A DNA stretch of 47,276 nucleotides from Gemmatimonadota bacterium (GTDB lineage: Bacteria; Gemmatimonadota; Gemmatimonadetes; Palauibacterales; Palauibacteraceae), in contig JBFILW010000001.1 of the NCBI GenBank assembly GCA_041612005.1, positions 1 through 47,276 of the forward strand, written 5' to 3'. The translations under genes and the position numbers were made by a program. Under the pieces are notes generated by a model, which ran no database searches, was not told the origin of the DNA, and was given only the letters and a program-made list of their open reading frames with translations. This document shows, piece after piece, positions 42,916 to 47,276 of this stretch (position 1 is its first letter; every line of letters begins with the position of its first letter).

Positions 42916-43021
42916 CCGGGCGCAGCAGCTTCGTCGCTTCCCTGCTCTCTGTTACATTGCATCCTTACGCCGTCGACCGGGGCGCGCGCCTCGGTGCTCC
43001 CCAAGCCAAAGGAGACACCTC

Positions 43022-43489
43022 ATGAGACGTCTCACCTGTTTCGCGGCCGTCGCTCTCGCGGTGGGCTGCGCCGACTATCAGGAGACCGAAGCGGTCGTGA
43101 CTGCAGTCGACGTCTCGGCTGAGATCAGGGCAGCGAACGAGAGGTTCGTGGCAGCGAATAACGCCGGAGATGCCGCTGCAGTGGCAGCCATGTACACAGA
43201 CGACGCGATTCTGTACCCGCCCAACGGCGAGCCCCTCGCCGGCGGTCCGGAAGAGATCGCAACCTTCTTCCAGGGTGCCTTTGACGCAGGCATCGAGAGG
43301 GTGATCCTGGAGACAATCGAAGCCGTGGGTATGGGAGATGCGGCTGTCGAAGTCGGCCGGCTCACGCTGCTGAGCGCGGATGGCGCCACGATCGACCGCG
43401 GTTCGTACATGGTGCTATGGAAGAAGACCGACGCCGGCTGGAAGCTGCACCGCGACATCTGGAACAGCGACCTCGCGTTGGCTCCCTAG
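43022..43489 (+). CDS. SnoaL/DUF4440-like (NTF2-fold) lipoprotein
   Basis: Track ORF trimmed to ATG 43022, with AGGAGA upstream. Lipobox LAVGC. IRAANERFVAANNAGDAAAVAAMYTDDAILYPPNGEP and WKKTDAGWKLHRDIWN are typical of the fold. Confidence 0.7.
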   Translation: MRRLTCFAAVALAVGCADYQETEAVVTAVDVSAEIRAANERFVAANNAGDAAAVAAMYTDDAILYPPNGEPLAGGPEEIATFFQGAFDAGIERVILETIEAVGMGDAAVEVGRLTLLSADGATIDRGSYMVLWKKTDAGWKLHRDIWNSDLALAP

Positions 43490-43519
43490 CCGGTAACGAG
43501 CTGAACCGGAGCAGCCGAC

Positions 43520-44221
43520 GTGTCGCAAGAGCGGGTTTTGGTCGCAGACGATGAGCCGGACGTTCTAGGCCTCGTCACCTACCAGTTGAGCCGGGAGGGC
43601 TTTCGGGTCGACACCGCCATCAACGGTCGTGCTGCGATCGAGGCGGCGACGGCCGACGTTCCGGATCTGATCGTGCTCGACCTCATGATGCCCGAGCTGG
43701 ACGGGTACGAGACGCTTCGTCTGCTGAGGGACAACCCCAGGACCTCGAAGATTCCGGTCATTCTCCTCACTGCCCGCGACGAAGACGAACAGAGGATACG
43801 GGGCCTCGAGCTCGGGGCGGACGACTATGTCACCAAACCGTTCAACGCGAGGGAGCTGGTCCTCCGTGTACAGGCCGTTCTGCGGCGGACGAGGGCCGAG
43901 CCGGTTGTCTCGAGGCGCATTGTCGGAGTCGGCCCGATCGAGATCGACCAGGACGCGCTGAGGGTAAGCGTCGAGGGGCGCGCGGTGGACCTGACACTTC
44001 TCGAGTACCGTCTGCTCGAGACGCTCGTGGAGCGGCGCGGACGCGTACAATCGCGTCAGCAGCTGCTGGAGGCGGCCTGGGATACGAATGCGAAGATCGA
44101 GACCCGGACCGTGGACATGCACGTGGCGCGGCTGCGGTCCAAGCTCGGAGATGCCGGCGAGATGATCGAAACCGTGCGCGGCGTCGGCTACCGGTGTCGT
44201 GCCGACGGCGGGAACAACTAG
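43520..44221 (+). CDS. phoB: OmpR/PhoB-family response regulator
   Basis: 233 aa with a GTG start. Receiver domain (VLVADDEPD..., DLIVLDLMMPELDG, phospho-acceptor Asp, KP) plus a winged-helix domain (LTLLEYRLLETL..., VDMHVARLRSKL, IETVRGVGYR). The symbol is assigned only from context next to a PhoR-like kinase and a phosphate porin. Confidence 0.85.
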   Translation: MSQERVLVADDEPDVLGLVTYQLSREGFRVDTAINGRAAIEAATADVPDLIVLDLMMPELDGYETLRLLRDNPRTSKIPVILLTARDEDEQRIRGLELGADDYVTKPFNARELVLRVQAVLRRTRAEPVVSRRIVGVGPIEIDQDALRVSVEGRAVDLTLLEYRLLETLVERRGRVQSRQQLLEAAWDTNAKIETRTVDMHVARLRSKLGDAGEMIETVRGVGYRCRADGGNN

Positions 44222-44224
44222 TCG

Positions 44225-45925
44225 ATGAAGTTCAGGACGCGACTGTTCCTCGGCATCCTGGGCGTGCTGCTGGTGGGGCTCGTCGTCCTCGTGTGGCTTG
44301 CGCAAGTGGAGTTGCGCGCCCAGCTCGAGGAGCAATACCGCGATGAGCTGTCGAGAACGGCGGCGTTGGCGGCGGCGGCGCTGCATGATCGCGCGCTCAC
44401 CGACGCCCTCGCGGACTCCCTGGGGGCAGCGAGCGGCCTGAGAGTCTCCTTTATCTCACCGGATGGCGCCGTGATCGGAGACTCGGAGATCGACGAAGCC
44501 GCGCTGCAGAGAGTAGATAGCCATCGCGACCGGCCGGAGGTCGGCGCGGCGCTCGGTGGCAAGACCGGGGTCGCCACCCGGGCAAGCGAGACCGTCTCGC
44601 GCCGTCTTCTCTACGTTGCGGTTCCGCACCCTGCGGGCGTCGTCCGCGTAGCCAGACCGATCGATGACGTGCGGTCGGCCGTGACGCGATCGCGGCGTCT
44701 GCTGCTTGCGGGTAGCGGACTGGCCCTGCTCACGGCTGCCGCGCTCAGCCTGCTGCTCGTCCGGTACCTTCCCCGGCCGTTCGGCCAGGTCCGGGAGACG
44801 GCCCGCGCGATCGCCGGCGGCGACCTTTCAAGACGGGTCCGGGCTCGAGGCAGTGACGATGTCGCAAACCTGGGTCGGGCAGTCGACGAGATGGCCGAGC
44901 AGCTCGAGCGCACTGTCATCGACCTCAGCCGAGAGAAGAGCGATCTGACGGCCCTGTTCGATGGGTTGGAGGATGGCGTCGCCGTGGTCGATGGGGCGAG
45001 CGTGGTCGTGCGCGCTAACCGCGCCTTCGAGCGCTGGGCCGGCCGAACGGGCCTCAAGGGCGTGCGATTCGGGACGCTGTTTCGCGATCCGAGAATCGGC
45101 GAGACGGTTTCGATGGCGACAGAGGGAAAGGCGGGCTCATATGAGATCACTGCCGGAGGTCGGACACTCCTGATGTCTGCGCAACCCTACGGCGGTGGGG
45201 CCGTCGTGCTGATGCGCGATCTGACTCAGCTCCGCCAGCTTGAGGGCGTACGGCGGGATTTCGTGGCCAACGTGTCACACGAGCTCAAGACTCCGCTGAC
45301 AGGGATCCTCGGATTCGCCGAGCCGCTCGCCGAGGGAGACCTCCCGCCGGACCAGACACGCCTCTTCGCCCAGCGCATCGAGGCGAACGCGCGACGCATG
45401 CGAGATCTGCTCAACGACCTGCTGGATCTGGCGCGGGTCGAGTCGGGACACTGGGAGCCGGCGCGCGAGGCCGTGCGGCTGGATCAGATCGCTCGCTCTG
45501 CCTGGTCCGACCTGGAGCCGATTCCGGGGGATCGCGGCGTCCTGCTCAAGGTCGACGAGTCGGCCAGGGTGGCGGTGGACGCGGATCCCGGCTCTCTTCA
45601 CCAAATGCTGCACAATCTGTTCGACAACGCTCTCCGATACTCGCCCGCAGGCAGCGAGATCGAAGTCCACGCATTGCCGGTTGACGGTAACACGCTGGTC
45701 GAGATCCGGGATCAGGGACCCGGGATCGCGCGCCAGCATCGGGAGCGCGTTTTCGAGCGCTTCTATCGGGTTAACGCCGCCCGCGACCGGGACTCGGGGG
45801 GCACCGGGCTCGGCCTCTCGATCGTCAAACACCTGGTCGTGGCGCACGGCGGAAATGTCGGAGTGCGCAGCGAGCTGGGAGAGGGCGCGACGTTCTGGTT
45901 TACGCTTCCGGCATCTTCCGCCTGA
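44225..45925 (+). CDS. phoR: PhoR-like sensor histidine kinase (TM-periplasmic-TM-HAMP-PAS-HisKA-HATPase)
   Basis: 566 aa. H-box [15 protein letters not shown]-box [10 protein letters not shown]-boxes DQGPGI and [10 protein letters not shown]. The symbol is tentative and rests on context. Confidence 0.85.
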   Translation: MKFRTRLFLGILGVLLVGLVVLVWLAQVELRAQLEEQYRDELSRTAALAAAALHDRALTDALADSLGAASGLRVSFISPDGAVIGDSEIDEAALQRVDSHRDRPEVGAALGGKTGVATRASETVSRRLLYVAVPHPAGVVRVARPIDDVRSAVTRSRRLLLAGSGLALLTAAALSLLLVRYLPRPFGQVRETARAIAGGDLSRRVRARGSDDVANLGRAVDEMAEQLERTVIDLSREKSDLTALFDGLEDGVAVVDGASVVVRANRAFERWAGRTGLKGVRFGTLFRDPRIGETVSMATEGKAGSYEITAGGRTLLMSAQPYGGGAVVLMRDLTQLRQLEGVRRDFVANVSHELKTPLTGILGFAEPLAEGDLPPDQTRLFAQRIEANARRMRDLLNDLLDLARVESGHWEPAREAVRLDQIARSAWSDLEPIPGDRGVLLKVDESARVAVDADPGSLHQMLHNLFDNALRYSPAGSEIEVHALPVDGNTLVEIRDQGPGIARQHRERVFERFYRVNAARDRDSGGTGLGLSIVKHLVVAHGGNVGVRSELGEGATFWFTLPASSA

Positions 45926-45998
45926 CCGAGTTTTTGAGAAGTCCTTTCGGGCCGTCGCAAGCCTCGCGCTCCGACCTCCGCGCACGACGCCGACCTCC

Positions 45999-46060
45999 GT
46001 TACATGATCGTTACGATCACGCTACACGCCGCTCACACGTCGGGTTCACGTTGTCGCTAC
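45999..46060 (+). promoter_or_regulatory. array of phased Pho-box-like direct repeats upstream of the porin gene
   Basis: gTTACAT (46000), gTTACGA (46011), gCTACAC (46022), cTCACAC (46033), gTTCACg (46045), gCTAC (46057). Successive spacings are 11, 11, 11, 12 and 12 bp. The array ends 62 nt before ATG 46122. Confidence 0.35.
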
Positions 46061-46121
46061 GACTCGCTTCAGTCTCCGTGCCAAAGACGAAGCCGACCCC
46101 AAACTTTGGAGTGGCTACCCC

Positions 46122-47276
46122 ATGAAAAAGTGGTTGTCTGGATGCGTCGGTCTCGCGATCGCGGCAATCCTGCTGGCTCCGGAACCCGGCGTCGCGCAGG
46201 ATGTCGAGATCAGTTCCAAAGCGCTGAAAATCAACATCGGCGGGCGGGTTCAAATGCAGGCTCGGCGCAGCTCTTGCTCCGCCTTTCCGGTCGAGGCGCC
46301 GTGCACGGAGGAAGTGCGAAACGTCAACTGGTTCATCCGGCGGGCCAGGATCGAGTTCTCGGTGAAGTTCAGCGACTTCATCGAAGGCAAGTTCGCGCCC
46401 GAATTCGCGCCGGCGTCTGAAGAACTGGACGCCACCAACCTCACGGACGCGTACGGTCAGCTCAACTTCAGTGATGCCGCCAAGCTGCGGTTCGGACACT
46501 TCAAGCGGCCGTTCGACGGCTTCCAGCTGGCGAGCTCGACGCAGATCCTGACCATCGAGCGCGACCTGGACATTCCTGGCGTGCCGGGCATCGAGTCTCT
46601 GTCTCTCGACGAGCTCACCGAGAGGTTCAAGCTCTCGAACCGAAACGTCGGAATCGGTCTCAACGGCACAGTCTCCAACGGCTTCTTCGAGTACTGGGTC
46701 GGTGTGTTCAACGGCAACTCGGGTTCGGACAACGAGGGCGACACGGACGGCAAGCAGTTCATGGCCCGCGCCCAAATCTCAGTCGAGGCGGGTAGTCTGC
46801 CGCTCGAGATCGCCGTGGCGGGCGCCGTGACGGAGCAGCCGTTCGACCGCCCCCTGACAGGGCAGCTGGCGGGCAAGGACTACTCGAACTTCGAGCTCTG
46901 GGCGCAGCTTGGCGGGTACCCCAGCGCGGTCGTCAAGAAAGTCGAAAAGAACGAATCGGTGTCGATCGCCGAGCAGCTGGTCGTGCAGGGCGAGTTGTTC
47001 TTCGGGCAGAATCCGCTCCTCAACAAAGCGGGACTTCCGATCGATCTCGCGGCGGGCGACGAGTTCGCGAACGCCTGGGCCTTCCAGGTAGTCGGCGGCT
47101 GGACTTTCCCGGTGCGTGGGAATGATTTCTTTCGGGCCATCCAACCGATCTTCCGGGCCACCTACGCGGACGCCAACACGAGCGTAAACCCCACCAGCGT
47201 TGACCCAGAGGCCAACTGGGGTCTCACGCCCGGCGTGCAGATCTTCTTCGCGCAACGCCAGAAGCTGGCGCTCAAC
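46122..47276 (+). CDS. phosphate-selective porin O/P family (OprO/OprP-like), 3'-truncated by the window edge
   Basis: Hand translation from ATG 46122 stays open for 385 codons to the window end. Signal peptide MKKWLSGCVGLAIAAILLAPEPGVAQ. Family pattern: NWFIRRARIEFSVKF...LTDAYGQLNF...LRFGHFKRPFDGFQLASSTQILTIER. It is absent from the ORF track because it has no stop in the window. Confidence 0.75.
   Translation, partial: MKKWLSGCVGLAIAAILLAPEPGVAQDVEISSKALKINIGGRVQMQARRSSCSAFPVEAPCTEEVRNVNWFIRRARIEFSVKFSDFIEGKFAPEFAPASEELDATNLTDAYGQLNFSDAAKLRFGHFKRPFDGFQLASSTQILTIERDLDIPGVPGIESLSLDELTERFKLSNRNVGIGLNGTVSNGFFEYWVGVFNGNSGSDNEGDTDGKQFMARAQISVEAGSLPLEIAVAGAVTEQPFDRPLTGQLAGKDYSNFELWAQLGGYPSAVVKKVEKNESVSIAEQLVVQGELFFGQNPLLNKAGLPIDLAAGDEFANAWAFQVVGGWTFPVRGNDFFRAIQPIFRATYADANTSVNPTSVDPEANWGLTPGVQIFFAQRQKLALN

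Noticed and set aside
1-47276. CRISPR arrays, rRNA genes, IS elements, toxin-antitoxin pairs, restriction-modification genes
   Set aside because: No regularly spaced repeats, no transposase, integrase or methyltransferase-endonuclease signatures, and no rRNA-like sequence were seen on either strand.

Overview
High-GC (about 65-70% by eye), densely packed chromosomal window from a Gram-negative-type bacterium, judged from outer-membrane barrels, lipoboxes and Tat signals. The phylum cannot be determined from sequence alone. Most of it is core metabolism. There is a long minus-strand operon, lipA-pdhA-pdhB-E2-lpd-lipB-SGNH hydrolase (2680-10266). Other genes include a carbamoyltransferase/SxtJ/DUF5989 trio at the left edge, a Tat-signal TldD/PmbA pair, an orphan fused E1 alpha-beta 2-oxoacid dehydrogenase, a Rieske-TPP fusion enzyme, and assorted hydrolases and lipoproteins. 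At the right edge sit a PhoB/PhoR-like two-component system and a phosphate-porin gene that runs off the window, preceded by phased Pho-box-like repeats. No CRISPR arrays, rRNA genes, transposases or integrases were seen. Two loci stand out. (1) A tRNA-Ala(TGC) at 24539-24611 is followed by a lower-GC leader, a small single-TM ORF, and a translationally coupled pair: a signal-less thermolysin-like HExxH protease and a free-standing ComEC-type metallo-beta-lactamase hydrolase (25124-28203). I read this as a candidate protease/nuclease conflict (defence-like) module and do not recognise it as any named system. (2) A 1304-aa ORF (38306-42220) fuses a CPA-type cation/proton antiporter domain, a ~620-aa helical spacer, a 6TM voltage-gated K+ channel (TTVGFGD filter, six-charge S4) and a C-terminal zinc ribbon, directly downstream of a stand-alone CPA paralogue. 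Many long ORFs in the six-frame track are antisense shadows of real genes, typical of high GC. Two real genes are absent from the track: a 51-aa DUF5989-like ORF and the edge-truncated porin. All family assignments come from by-eye motif recognition and need HMM or BLAST confirmation.
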